The notes: generated from the letters alone by a model not told the origin. 64,000 nt of DNA from an uncultured virus (IMG/VR IMGVR_UViG_3300047552_002383) (IMGVR_UViG_3300047552_002383); one strand, 5' to 3'; positions 10,475 to 20,451 are shown, counted from the first letter of the stretch. Numbers and translations are program-made.

Positions 10475-11037
10475 TAATTTTTAGCGGCACTATAGAGTGA
10501 TCTATAGTTGAAAATCTTTTTAATTCGGTGAAACTCCTAATAGGACAATACCGAGCTTATTAAATTCACTTTTTAAATAAACAAATAAAAAGAATCTACA
10601 GGTGTAGACTCTAAAGGTAACAGGAATTTAAATTTCTTTGATCCCCATTACTTGTACAAGATATTCAGCCAACGATTGCATGATCTCAACATCTCCTTCT
10701 GATGTTCTGATAAAATGAGAACTGATAGGTTCTTCAAATCCATCGTTGTCCGCGAAAATACCCCATCCTACTCCAAGGATAGGTAACTTTTTGGTAATAA
10801 CATCTTCAATACTGGTAATCATATTAAATTACTCCTGTGTTGATGATATTATATAATATCTATATGAAAAAGTGAAATAATAAGTGTAACGACTATCCCA
10901 AAAGGGAGTACACTCTAGTGAGTGGAAATAAAAGATAACTAATCATTATTAGTTAATAATATAGTCTAAACTATATGGCAACATATAGCAGGATTTAATT
11001 CCGGATAAAAAGTAACGATTTTTATCGAATATTTTTG
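10475..11037 (+). mobile_element. Group I intron (IA2-like) in the RNA polymerase beta gene
   Basis: P1 with U.G at the 5' splice site (CCGU|UAA..UUAGCGG); P element AATTCGGTGAAAC, Q AATACCGAG; P7 GACTA 10891-95 / TAGTC 10962-66; P7.1, P7.2, P8 and P9 hairpins; terminal G 11037. Splicing restores the frame: FLAR|THQSQKMP, equivalent to RpoB ALMGA-NMQRQAVP. Confidence 0.9.
10628..10822 (-). CDS. 64-aa intron-embedded antisense ORF of unknown function
   Basis: RBS AGGAG 9 nt before ATG, promoter motif at 10857-10864, hairpin 10591-10612 downstream; no LAGLIDADG, GIY-YIG or HNH motif. Confidence 0.6.
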   Translation of the reverse strand: MITSIEDVITKKLPILGVGWGIFADNDGFEEPISSHFIRTSEGDVEIMQSLAEYLVQVMGIKEI

Positions 11038-12822
11038 ACGCATCAAAGTCAGAAAATGCCTATTTTAAACGCTGAGGTTCCAATAGTCGCTAGTGGTACT
11101 GAATATATTGTTCCTCAATTAGCATCTGAAAAATTTACAAAAATTGCAGAGAGACCAGGTCAAGTAATTGATGAAGATCCAAATCATCATTTAACTATTC
11201 AATATGATAATGGTAAAACTGATAGGGTAGATATTCTTCCTAGATATGCTACTACTAAAAGAAATTCTGCAATACAAATATCATTAAACTCACTCCATAA
11301 AGGAGATACTTTCCAAAAAGGACAAATGATAGCTTGGTCCAATAGTTTTAACGGCGATGCATTAACCATAGGTAAAAATGTTCCCGTTGCAATTATGAGT
11401 TATCATCAAGGAAAATCTTTTGAAGATCAGTATGCAATTTCTGAAGATATGTCAGAATCATTTGTAACTGAATCTGTATCAAAAGTGTCTATTATTGTTC
11501 CACCAGATACTAAATTATTATTTATAAATAATAATATTGGAATTAATACGTCTAACAAAGATGTTTTAATAGAATTCCAATATTTAGATACATTAGAATC
11601 TTATATTGATCAATTTGATGAAATTGTTAATGATGAATATTTCGATGAAGATTTAGAAGCTATTATTCAAAAATCAAAAAATTCAATAAGAAGATTCTCC
11701 CCTGGTGGTGAAATTAGTGATATAAGAATTTATATTTCTAATAGAAATAAAGTGGATCCTGAAATTCTAAAATTATGGGATTTACAAAGACAAAAAATTA
11801 GTAAATTATCAAAAGATCTTCTAACTTATCGTACTGGAAAAGAAGATAGTAAATTATTAAATAATATTGATTTTAGCGTTTTAAAAACTGGATTTACAAA
11901 GTTTGAAGGTGCTAAAATTGATTTTTATATTAAACGTCCAAAAGAATTGCTTCTTGGTGATAAAATAAGCGGTAGACAAGGAAATAAAGGAGTTGTTGGA
12001 CATATTATTCCAAAAGATACTCCAGCTATAGCTGATTATACTGGAAGAATTGATTTATTTATGTCCCCATGTGGAGTTTTAGGACGTAAAAATACATCAA
12101 TTATCAAAGAACTTTATATATCTAAAATCTTTTATTTTCTACCTAAAATTATAATTAAAAAATTTCAAGATAATGAAAAAATTGAGGATATTAAAAATTT
12201 AATAATTCAAATATATACATTATTAGATCCTACTAAAGATAAACGTAATGTTTTATCAATTACTGAAAAATTAAATCAAATTACTCCTGCTAATTTAAAG
12301 GCAGGGATTGAAAATAATAAAATATTCTTTAATATTATAATCCCACCATTCAATCCTATTGATATTAATAATATTCAGCAAGCTGCTAAAATATTAAGAA
12401 TACCATTAAATGAAACAGTAGAGATAACTGAATTTGGTGGAATTAAAACTAAAATTAAAGTTCCTGTAGGCTTCCTTTATTTCGGTGCAATGGAACAACT
12501 TTCAAGTGACTATGAAAGTACACGTAGTACTGCTGGATATATTTCTTCTACTGGACAACCTACACAAGGGAAGCGTAAATCTGGTGGCCAGTCTATAGGT
12601 GAACTAGATATTAATGCATTATTATCGTATGATGCAAAAGATACATTAAAAGAACTTATGACTGCTAGAAGTGATAATCTTAGAACTAAACGGCAAATGT
12701 TAAGAGATTTAAGAGAATCTGGAAAGACATTTATGGAATCTTGGCAAGATGAAGAAAAAGGTCAAAGTTCCCTTCTTCTTTCTATTTATTTAACTGGGTG
12801 TGGATTATTTACTAACTTATGA
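11038..12822 (+). CDS. rpoB: Phage RNA polymerase beta subunit, exon 2 (spliced product 1568 aa)
   Basis: GDKISGRQGNKGVV and RSTAGYISSTGQPTQGKRKSGGQSIGELD match RpoB GDKMAGRHGNKGV and RSTG.YS..TQQP..GK...GGQRFGEME. Confidence 0.9.
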   Translation, partial: THQSQKMPILNAEVPIVASGTEYIVPQLASEKFTKIAERPGQVIDEDPNHHLTIQYDNGKTDRVDILPRYATTKRNSAIQISLNSLHKGDTFQKGQMIAWSNSFNGDALTIGKNVPVAIMSYHQGKSFEDQYAISEDMSESFVTESVSKVSIIVPPDTKLLFINNNIGINTSNKDVLIEFQYLDTLESYIDQFDEIVNDEYFDEDLEAIIQKSKNSIRRFSPGGEISDIRIYISNRNKVDPEILKLWDLQRQKISKLSKDLLTYRTGKEDSKLLNNIDFSVLKTGFTKFEGAKIDFYIKRPKELLLGDKISGRQGNKGVVGHIIPKDTPAIADYTGRIDLFMSPCGVLGRKNTSIIKELYISKIFYFLPKIIIKKFQDNEKIEDIKNLIIQIYTLLDPTKDKRNVLSITEKLNQITPANLKAGIENNKIFFNIIIPPFNPIDINNIQQAAKILRIPLNETVEITEFGGIKTKIKVPVGFLYFGAMEQLSSDYESTRSTAGYISSTGQPTQGKRKSGGQSIGELDINALLSYDAKDTLKELMTARSDNLRTKRQMLRDLRESGKTFMESWQDEEKGQSSLLLSIYLTGCGLFTNL

Positions 12823-13118
12823 AAGCGTTATCTAACAAACAAATTTCGAAAATCCTTTATTCTTATTTTGAATCAATTGATGCAACTCTTGTTAGAGAAT
12901 CTGGAAATATATTTAAAGCAATGATAAAATGTACTCCAGATGCAATTGATTCAATATCTATGGATGTTTCAACTGGGGCTTCGCAAGCTATTGATAAATT
13001 TATAATTGATGAATTAGAAGAGGATCCGAAAATTTATAATCGTAGTATGATACTATTCGAATCTGAACCCTCTCCAAATAATGATTTTTTATTTTTTAGA
13101 TGGTTTAAACAAGATTGA
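12819..13118 (+). CDS. Hypothetical protein
   Basis: 99-aa ORF coupled by ATGA overlap to the RNAP gene. Confidence 0.55.
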   Translation: MKALSNKQISKILYSYFESIDATLVRESGNIFKAMIKCTPDAIDSISMDVSTGASQAIDKFIIDELEEDPKIYNRSMILFESEPSPNNDFLFFRWFKQD

Positions 13119-13130
13119 TATAGATATAAT
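13119..13130 (+). promoter_or_regulatory. Candidate phage promoter TATAGATAT(T/A)AT (representative + strand copy)
   Basis: Same core at 1198, 25290, 29200, 29420, 36518, 48250, 50124, 56084, 59723, 60205, 60371, 60540, 60779, 61031, 61197 and 61387, each intergenic and upstream of a + strand unit. Confidence 0.75.
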
Positions 13131-13159
13131 CAAATACTTTATAAATTTGAGGAAATATA

Positions 13160-14092
13160 ATGTCGGATTTAAATAATCCTTTTAGTTCTATTATTTCGGA
13201 ACCTCTTGCTCCCACTCCCAATCCCACTCCCAATCCTATTTTAGATAATCCTATTTTAGATTTTACTACTACTGCTACTAATAATACTTCTCCATTAATG
13301 GAAACTCCTCCTACAGAGACACCATTATTTGGAAATTTTACTCCAAATACTTCAGCAGAATTACTTCCTAGCCAAATAGAATTATTAGATCTATCACCAG
13401 CTAAATTTGATCAATTAACAAAAATTTTAGGATTGTTACAAGATCAAGGTGTAATTGCAATAAATAATTCTATTATTTGTCAAGGATTATTAGGTGGGAC
13501 TACTATATTAAAATGTGATATTTCTCAAATTTCTCCAAATATAGAATTGCATATTTCAAGTCCAAAAAAATATGTAAGACTTTTTAAATTTATAAAAGGA
13601 ACTGGTAATATAAAAATTATTGATGATGATGAACAAAAACGTTATATCATTATTAATAATGAAATGAAAATTTTATTACCCAAACAACTTGATTCGGTTA
13701 TAGATAATTTAACTCCTCCCGATTTAAGTGGGGTTCAGTTAATTGGTAAACCAATTAAGATAACTAAGGATCTTGCTGATAGTTTTAAGAACTTTAAAAG
13801 TGGAACAGACCATATTGAAATTTTAATAAAAAATAATAATATATGTTCTGTTTATTTTCCTGAAACGGCGATTATTAACTTTCCAGATGTAAAAGAAAAT
13901 GTGGATGAAACATCGGCGGATTTAATATTAAAAAGCTTTAATTTCTTAACCGTTGATTCAGATGAATATGATATTTGCATTGGAAAACAAAATAATGATC
14001 ATTGGATGTTGACAAGTTCTAAAATTGGAATTATTGATGTATTCCTAATGGAAAAACTTGAAGAAGAATCCCACGAAAATTTACTAATATAA
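13160..14092 (+). CDS. Hypothetical protein with Pro/Thr-rich N-terminus; possibly a sliding-clamp-like fold
   Basis: Promoter motif 13119, RBS GAGG, terminator 14101-14136. The clamp idea rests only on size, acidity and alternating beta/alpha pattern. Confidence 0.5.
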   Translation: MSDLNNPFSSIISEPLAPTPNPTPNPILDNPILDFTTTATNNTSPLMETPPTETPLFGNFTPNTSAELLPSQIELLDLSPAKFDQLTKILGLLQDQGVIAINNSIICQGLLGGTTILKCDISQISPNIELHISSPKKYVRLFKFIKGTGNIKIIDDDEQKRYIIINNEMKILLPKQLDSVIDNLTPPDLSGVQLIGKPIKITKDLADSFKNFKSGTDHIEILIKNNNICSVYFPETAIINFPDVKENVDETSADLILKSFNFLTVDSDEYDICIGKQNNDHWMLTSSKIGIIDVFLMEKLEEESHENLLI

Positions 14093-14100
14093 TTAAAAAT

Positions 14101-14136
14101 AAATGGTGAGAGTTAATTTTACTCTCACCATTTTTT
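14101..14136 (+). terminator. Intrinsic terminator
   Basis: AAATGGTGAGAGT / ACTCTCACCATTT followed by T run. Confidence 0.75.
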
Positions 14137-14150
14137 AAAAGGTATCTAAT

Positions 14151-14798
14151 GTGTCAGATGATATTCATGATGATTTACACTACGTATCTTTCAGAAATGA
14201 TATAGATGCTAGTAATTTATTAGAAAAACCCAGTATGTCACAATACTTTGATGATCAATCAGAAAAATTTAATAATAGAATTGATCTAGAATCTAAAATA
14301 AAATCTCAATATTGTGACTTAGATTTATTAGGTATAGATTTCATTTCAAATAATGAAGATTTAGTATCTAATGATTTTTTAATAGAATTTTTAGATTATA
14401 TAAATAATAATATATTTTCAATTACATATATAGATATTATATATGATGATGATGTTCGTCTTAGAAATTTAGGATTTCAAATTTATAAAATTCTTTATGT
14501 AGATTTTGTAAATGAAACTTGTAAATTTTTATGTAAAAAATTGGAAGTTAATTCAATTGAAGATATATTATCTTTTTCAAACAATAATATTCGAAATAAT
14601 TTAATTGCAATATATACAGATTTATTAAATAGTGCTTCTGATCTGGCTAAAATTAATAAAAATATAAATAGTTCGGTCGTTAAATTTGGACAAGCTATTG
14701 ATTTATTTGATAATGACGTGACTGACTTTCGAATTAATTTTTTAATTCCTGTATTAGAAAAATATTCAATATTCATTAATTCTCAACTTATATTATAA
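14151..14798 (+). CDS. Hypothetical acidic protein
   Basis: 215-aa ORF, GTG start. Confidence 0.55.
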   Translation: MSDDIHDDLHYVSFRNDIDASNLLEKPSMSQYFDDQSEKFNNRIDLESKIKSQYCDLDLLGIDFISNNEDLVSNDFLIEFLDYINNNIFSITYIDIIYDDDVRLRNLGFQIYKILYVDFVNETCKFLCKKLEVNSIEDILSFSNNNIRNNLIAIYTDLLNSASDLAKINKNINSSVVKFGQAIDLFDNDVTDFRINFLIPVLEKYSIFINSQLIL

Positions 14799-14805
14799 AG
14801 GTAAA

Positions 14806-15129
14806 TTGCAAATGAATTCCGTAACTAGTGGAATAATATTATCTCTTCTTAATAAATCTCTTGAATTTTTACTTAAACAATTAATTGAATTACCAGCAGC
14901 CGAAGTTCAAAAAATAAAAGATAAAGTAAATTTTTATGAAGTACAAGCACTTACTAATTTAGAAAAACATACAAAAGTAGCTATATATATTAGAGAATTT
15001 GAAAACCAACATAATCTTAGTGATTTTGCTATTGATTTTATAATTCGTGGTTGCCTGTGGGTTTTAAGATTTAGTCAAGGTAAATTAAATCTTAGAGATG
15101 AAGTTCCACGTACACCTATAAATAATTAA
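14806..15129 (+). CDS. Hypothetical protein
   Basis: 107-aa ORF in operon context. Confidence 0.5.
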   Translation: MQMNSVTSGIILSLLNKSLEFLLKQLIELPAAEVQKIKDKVNFYEVQALTNLEKHTKVAIYIREFENQHNLSDFAIDFIIRGCLWVLRFSQGKLNLRDEVPRTPINN

Positions 15130-15135
15130 AATATC

Positions 15136-15588
15136 ATGGACATTAATAAAACAGTTGATCGTATAAAAGCAGGATTAGATGTTTTAAAACATGGCTATGA
15201 AGTATCTGATACTGAAAAGTGGAAAAGTGGAAATATGTTTGTAGGAACACTTGTTTCCTTATTATCTGCTCTTATACTATTAATTAATCAATTTGATTGT
15301 AAATTTTGTAATATACAAATAGATCCTAATACATTATTACAAATATCTACTGGTATACTTGGATTATATGCATTAATAAGAAATGTAATAGCAGCATCTA
15401 CAAGTAAACGAGTTTCAATAAATCCTATTGAAAATATTAAAGTTTTAACAGGAACATCGACTGCTACAAAGTATGTTACCCAACCTAAATGGGATGGACA
15501 AACAGAACGTAGAACTAATGATGATCCAGATGATGATTTAGAACCTGTTTCAAATGAATTAGCAGAAAAAATTAGGAGAAATCAGTGA
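15136..15588 (+). CDS. Two-TM membrane protein, holin-like
   Basis: Two hydrophobic helices (FVGTLVSLLSALILLI; ISTGILGLYALI) and a charged C-terminal tail; precedes a lipoprotein. Confidence 0.45.
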   Translation: MDINKTVDRIKAGLDVLKHGYEVSDTEKWKSGNMFVGTLVSLLSALILLINQFDCKFCNIQIDPNTLLQISTGILGLYALIRNVIAASTSKRVSINPIENIKVLTGTSTATKYVTQPKWDGQTERRTNDDPDDDLEPVSNELAEKIRRNQ

Positions 15589-15818
15589 TAAAATCTTTTC
15601 TCATAATATTTCTTTTATTAATTAGTGGATGTGCCGCTAATAAATTTGAACCAGTATGCCAAAATCTTGCTGTTCCGTCTACTATACCAGATAATGCAGC
15701 ATTCAGAATAAATGGAACAGATATTAAAGCAGATAAAAATGGTCAAATTTTATTAGAAAATTATGTAATTGCAAGAGAACAGGCGTTAAGTATAAAAAAC
15801 ATTTGTGAAAGTAAATGA
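15585..15818 (+). CDS. Small lipoprotein, o-spanin-like
   Basis: Signal peptide with lipobox ISGC; 77 aa. Confidence 0.5.
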   Translation: MIKSFLIIFLLLISGCAANKFEPVCQNLAVPSTIPDNAAFRINGTDIKADKNGQILLENYVIAREQALSIKNICESK

Positions 15819-16165
15819 AAAAGCAATATCAGTTTATAGAACAATTAGTTCAAAAACTAACAGAATATAATTCTATTGACCAACAAATTACAGAATTAGA
15901 TTCCCAAAAAAAAATAATTAGAGAACAAATTGAAAATTGGTTAATATTGCACGATAGTACTCTATTTGAAATAAGCGATTTGAATGGTCAATTATGGAAA
16001 CTTAATAAATATCTTACTACTCGTAATAGAGTTTTAGATTATGATATCTTAAAATTAGTATTACCTGAAGAGCATAAAGGTCTGGTTAGTATATCTGAAT
16101 CTGAAGCATTCTTAATAAAAAGAATTAATAAACATTCAAAAGAATGGTTGATTGAAAATAATTAA
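15815..16165 (+). CDS. Hypothetical protein
   Basis: 116-aa ORF, N-terminal coiled coil. Confidence 0.5.
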   Translation: MKKQYQFIEQLVQKLTEYNSIDQQITELDSQKKIIREQIENWLILHDSTLFEISDLNGQLWKLNKYLTTRNRVLDYDILKLVLPEEHKGLVSISESEAFLIKRINKHSKEWLIENN

Positions 16166-16187
16166 TATTTTATAATAAAACTCATGG

Positions 16188-16433
16188 ATGAGTTATTTTT
16201 TTATTAGAAAAATGGATAGAAAGAAATGTGATATCATTATTAAAGCAATAGATAGTAATTTTAAATGGAATACTTTAAAAATTAGAGGGAATATTATTAT
16301 CAATGATTTTGATAATTCTACAGATGTAATTGAATTTTATTGTCAATTAGCAACAGAAATTAGAAATATTTATAATTTTAAATTAGTAATAATTATCGGA
16401 ATATCTTTAGTAGAAGAAAAAAATGGTAATTAA
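16188..16433 (+). CDS. Hypothetical protein
   Basis: 81-aa ORF abutting the primase. Confidence 0.45.
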   Translation: MSYFFIRKMDRKKCDIIIKAIDSNFKWNTLKIRGNIIINDFDNSTDVIEFYCQLATEIRNIYNFKLVIIIGISLVEEKNGN

Positions 16434-17360
16434 ATGTATGATCTTAATAATTATCCAGATATAATTTTTGGTTTAAAGAAACTATCTAATATTTATAAGG
16501 ACATGTCTAATGGATGGATTCAAATTCTATGTCCTTATTGTAATGATTCAACTAGAAAATCTCATATATCCCATGGACATTTTTATATAGCTAAATCATT
16601 TAATTATTGTCATTGTTTTAGATGTGAACATAGTTCAACATTTACTAATTTTTTAAAAGATTTAGGATTTAATGATCCTAGTATTTTAAAAGAATTATCA
16701 AAACAAACTGGAAATATAGTATTTTCAAATACTAAATCTAGAATAGTTATTCAAAAAAATATTAGAGATATAATAATAGAAATTTTTAATTCGATATATA
16801 TCGAATATATAAAGCAATTTCTTAATTATATTCAAATTAGGTGCTTAATTATAGATCCTATTAAATTTTTATTATTCCCAAATATTATTAATAATAAAGT
16901 TAATTGTGGATTCTATAATTATAACGGCGTAAATATTGGATATAGAATTATCGAAGATTCTGATATTAGGTATGTAAAAAATAATGTAACTGATTATTAT
17001 TTTTTTCAAGATATTAATGAGATCATAAAATATAAAGATATAGTTATCTGTGAAGGAGTATTTGATTTAATTAATTTATATAATTTTTCTCCATATTTTA
17101 ACAATAAAAATTCATTTTATATTGCTATAAATGGGAGGGACTATAAAAAAATAGTAAAAGAATTAATATTAAATTATTTATTAATTGGAAGTTATAGAAT
17201 CAATATTATATTTGATAATGGAATAGCTAATATAGATAAAATTAGATACTTTCATAATATGAATGCAAAACAATTAAATACTAAAATAGAGTTTAAATAT
17301 TTTAAACCTATTGTAAGTAAAGATGTTAGTGATATTATGAATATTCAAAAACTTGATTAA
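16434..17360 (+). CDS. DNA primase (Zn finger + TOPRIM)
   Basis: CPYC...CHCFRC zinc finger; VICEGVFD and IFDN TOPRIM motifs; KDVSD. Confidence 0.8.
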   Translation: MYDLNNYPDIIFGLKKLSNIYKDMSNGWIQILCPYCNDSTRKSHISHGHFYIAKSFNYCHCFRCEHSSTFTNFLKDLGFNDPSILKELSKQTGNIVFSNTKSRIVIQKNIRDIIIEIFNSIYIEYIKQFLNYIQIRCLIIDPIKFLLFPNIINNKVNCGFYNYNGVNIGYRIIEDSDIRYVKNNVTDYYFFQDINEIIKYKDIVICEGVFDLINLYNFSPYFNNKNSFYIAINGRDYKKIVKELILNYLLIGSYRINIIFDNGIANIDKIRYFHNMNAKQLNTKIEFKYFKPIVSKDVSDIMNIQKLD

Positions 17361-17369
17361 ACAACAATA

Positions 17370-18350
17370 ATGAATGCTAAAAATGCTTCAGTTTTGGTAG
17401 GTGGAAAATGTTTCAATTTTCAAACAGATAATAAAACTACAATATATAGATGTTCTTTTCATGATTCTAGTATATTATTCTTAAAATTTACTAATATTGA
17501 TCCAAAACAATTATTACCTAAAACTCCAAGAATATATAATAGTCATAACCCAATTGAAGATATTTTCATATTACATGATGATACTAATGATTTATCTGAA
17601 AATGATATAATTCATCAATTATCTTTAGATTATTTAATATCTAAAAATTTTAAAATTAAACAATTAAATTATAAGCATATATATAATGCACTAATAAATA
17701 AAATAAATGACAATTTAGGAATAATTGCATATGCGATTTATTTTAGAAAAATCGAAATTATTATTCAACCAGATTATAAAAATATAGATTCTAATGTTCA
17801 AATAAATAATAATTTCATATATGAATTTAAGTATGATTTAGCTGAAATTTATGATTTAGAAAAATTCAAATCTCATTTAGCTGAATTTAATAATGAAATT
17901 ACATATTTAAATAGTGTCATTTCAATAATAAACACATCTTTCCATAGAATGTTGTCTATTTATAAGATTAATAAAGACACATTAAATGTAAATAATATTA
18001 AAAGTTCATATACATTTTGCAGATCTATGGATTTTGATAAAATTAAAGAAATTATCGATTCTGAAATTTGTGATGAGTATATCAATAAAATTGGAAATAT
18101 AACTAAAAAAATAAGACTTGATAAATTACATAATAATAAAAAAATTACTCCTATAACTATAAAAGGTATTAAAATATATTATGCTAGGAAATTTGGTGGG
18201 TTTATTGCACAAATACCATTCTTAAAATCTCCTTCGCTTATAAATAGTTTATCAATTGATACTAGATTTATAATTTCATATTTAATCGCAACAAATGAAA
18301 TAGATAATCTTATATATAAATTAGAAAACTTATTTATATTATCATTATGA
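17370..18350 (+). CDS. Hypothetical protein, shared C-terminal motif family
   Basis: Ends YLIATNEIDNLIYKLENLFILSL. Confidence 0.55.
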   Translation: MNAKNASVLVGGKCFNFQTDNKTTIYRCSFHDSSILFLKFTNIDPKQLLPKTPRIYNSHNPIEDIFILHDDTNDLSENDIIHQLSLDYLISKNFKIKQLNYKHIYNALINKINDNLGIIAYAIYFRKIEIIIQPDYKNIDSNVQINNNFIYEFKYDLAEIYDLEKFKSHLAEFNNEITYLNSVISIINTSFHRMLSIYKINKDTLNVNNIKSSYTFCRSMDFDKIKEIIDSEICDEYINKIGNITKKIRLDKLHNNKKITPITIKGIKIYYARKFGGFIAQIPFLKSPSLINSLSIDTRFIISYLIATNEIDNLIYKLENLFILSL

Positions 18351-19153
18351 CTGAGAAATATATTGATTCTTCTAAACTTAGATTATACTCTGACCCATCT
18401 TGCGAAAGTATAATTCATCATGATCTTGATAAAGACAATATTACTATTTTTCTAACTAATAATTTTTATAAAGATCATATATCCAAATATATGTTTGGAG
18501 ATTATTCTAGTTTAAATATAGTATCAATTCCCGATATTATAAAAACAATTTTAAAATCTAATTTAAATTATGATTTTAAAATTAAAGTATCTTCAAAATC
18601 ATTAACAATTATCAAATCAAGTATTGAACCAAATATTAAAATTAATTTAATACTAGTTATACCTTTACTCGCAGATTTTATACAAAACTTTAAAAAAGAA
18701 TTATGCGCGTTACCTCAAATTACAAATATAATAAATAATTTATCTTATGATAGTTTATCTATTTTAAAAGAATTCAGACCATATATATTATATACTCATA
18801 GACCTTTATATAATGAGATAACTATACCTATATATAAAAATTCATTAAATGATTCTTTAAAAATATTAAAAAATATAAATGAACAAAAAATAGATCAGTA
18901 TTATAAACTAAATATTAATAAAGAATATCAAAGGGTTCAAACTTATCATAAAAAATTTTTTAAAAATAAACCCAATAAATTAAAATTTTCATATAATGGA
19001 GTTTCATTTTTTATAACAGGAGAATATTTCAAAGCTTTTGATTATCATTATAAAATTGATGATAGTGAACATATTTTAAAATACTTATATCTAATTGGAC
19101 AATTAGATACATTCATTTATGATATTGAATCCTGTAAACTAACAAATATATGA
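18347..19153 (+). CDS. Hypothetical protein, shared C-terminal motif family
   Basis: Ends YLYLIGQLDTFIYDIESCKLTNI. Confidence 0.55.
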   Translation: MTEKYIDSSKLRLYSDPSCESIIHHDLDKDNITIFLTNNFYKDHISKYMFGDYSSLNIVSIPDIIKTILKSNLNYDFKIKVSSKSLTIIKSSIEPNIKINLILVIPLLADFIQNFKKELCALPQITNIINNLSYDSLSILKEFRPYILYTHRPLYNEITIPIYKNSLNDSLKILKNINEQKIDQYYKLNINKEYQRVQTYHKKFFKNKPNKLKFSYNGVSFFITGEYFKAFDYHYKIDDSEHILKYLYLIGQLDTFIYDIESCKLTNI

Positions 19154-20451
19154 AAAATGTTGTAACTAATTTATATCCCGAATATTTAAGATATATTGAT
19201 TCCTTTAGGGCAATTCCTTGGAAAATTGATGCCCTAAAACCAGTTGAACGGCGATTACTATTAACCGTTCATGAGCTTGCGAAAAATAAATTTACAAAAT
19301 CTGCTAAAATAGTAGGTGGTGCACTTTCAAAATATCATCCACATGGTGATTTAAGTGCATATGAAACATTAGTTTCCTTAGTAAATAGAGGATTAGTAAC
19401 TGGCCAAGGTAACTGGGGTGCAGCTGGTTTAGAGGATATGAATTCAGCTGCTCAAAGATATACCGAAGCCAAATCTAATAAATTATTAGATGATCTGTTT
19501 TCCGAATTTCTTAAATTTGCACCTTGGAAAGAATTAGAATTAGATGCTGAACCATTATTCTTACCTTCACCTATTCCAATAGGATTAGTTGGGGAAGGTA
19601 TAATATTGGGTATTGGAAATAATATTACTAGAGTTCCAAGATATAACTTTAAAGATTTAATTATAAGATCTAATGAATTAATAACTAATTCCCCAACTAA
19701 AACTACGATTATCCCAAAAATATCTAATTGTGATATTTATGAAGATAGTGCCGGTGAATTTGAAAAAATATTAACTACTGGGGAAGGCGTAATACAATGC
19801 ATTCCAATACATAGAACAGTTCAAGATAAAATAATTATATTAGGTCGAAATCCATTATTTGGATTTAGTAAATTAAAAAGTTATAATATTGAACATGAAG
19901 AAAAAAATGGATCTCCTGCGTATAATTTAGTAGATCTTTCTAAAGATAAATTATGTGTCCAGGTTTCTCCATATAGAGGACCAGTTACAAAAGATTTCGA
20001 ATTACTTATTGCGAAATTAATTTCTACAAGAATTAATATTAAATGTAATTTTGTTGATACTAATTTTTCTGTAAAAACTTTTCCAATTGATGAAATATTA
20101 ATATCTTCATATAATCATTGGAAAGATTGTTATTTGATTTCTTTACAAACAGATTTGAACAAATTAAAAGAAAAAGAGTTCGAATATAAAGTATTACAAA
20201 TTACAAGAAATATTTATCTTAAAAATCCTAATGTAAAAACAATATCTGATATTTGTAAAATATATTCGACACAAAAAATACCAGGTATCGAAGTACAAGA
20301 TATTGAAACTGTATCATCAAAATATAGTTTCAAAAAAGTAGTAGAATCTGATATTGATATTCCTGCTATTCTTAATGAAATAAATATAATAATACAAAAT
20401 ATTAACAATATTGATACTTTGGCATCGAAAAGATTAAATTCAATCTTTTAA
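19150..20451 (+). CDS. Type IIA topoisomerase A subunit (GyrA/ParC-like, no C-terminal pinwheel)
   Basis: RAIP..IDALKPVERR, KSAKIVG, YHPHGD, GQGNWG, AAQRYTE (catalytic Tyr). Confidence 0.92.
   Translation: MKNVVTNLYPEYLRYIDSFRAIPWKIDALKPVERRLLLTVHELAKNKFTKSAKIVGGALSKYHPHGDLSAYETLVSLVNRGLVTGQGNWGAAGLEDMNSAAQRYTEAKSNKLLDDLFSEFLKFAPWKELELDAEPLFLPSPIPIGLVGEGIILGIGNNITRVPRYNFKDLIIRSNELITNSPTKTTIIPKISNCDIYEDSAGEFEKILTTGEGVIQCIPIHRTVQDKIIILGRNPLFGFSKLKSYNIEHEEKNGSPAYNLVDLSKDKLCVQVSPYRGPVTKDFELLIAKLISTRINIKCNFVDTNFSVKTFPIDEILISSYNHWKDCYLISLQTDLNKLKEKEFEYKVLQITRNIYLKNPNVKTISDICKIYSTQKIPGIEVQDIETVSSKYSFKKVVESDIDIPAILNEINIIIQNINNIDTLASKRLNSIF

Noticed and set aside
10475..11037. Naturally split beta subunit, or stop-codon readthrough
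   Set aside because: The gap has a complete group I core and precise in-frame splice junctions.
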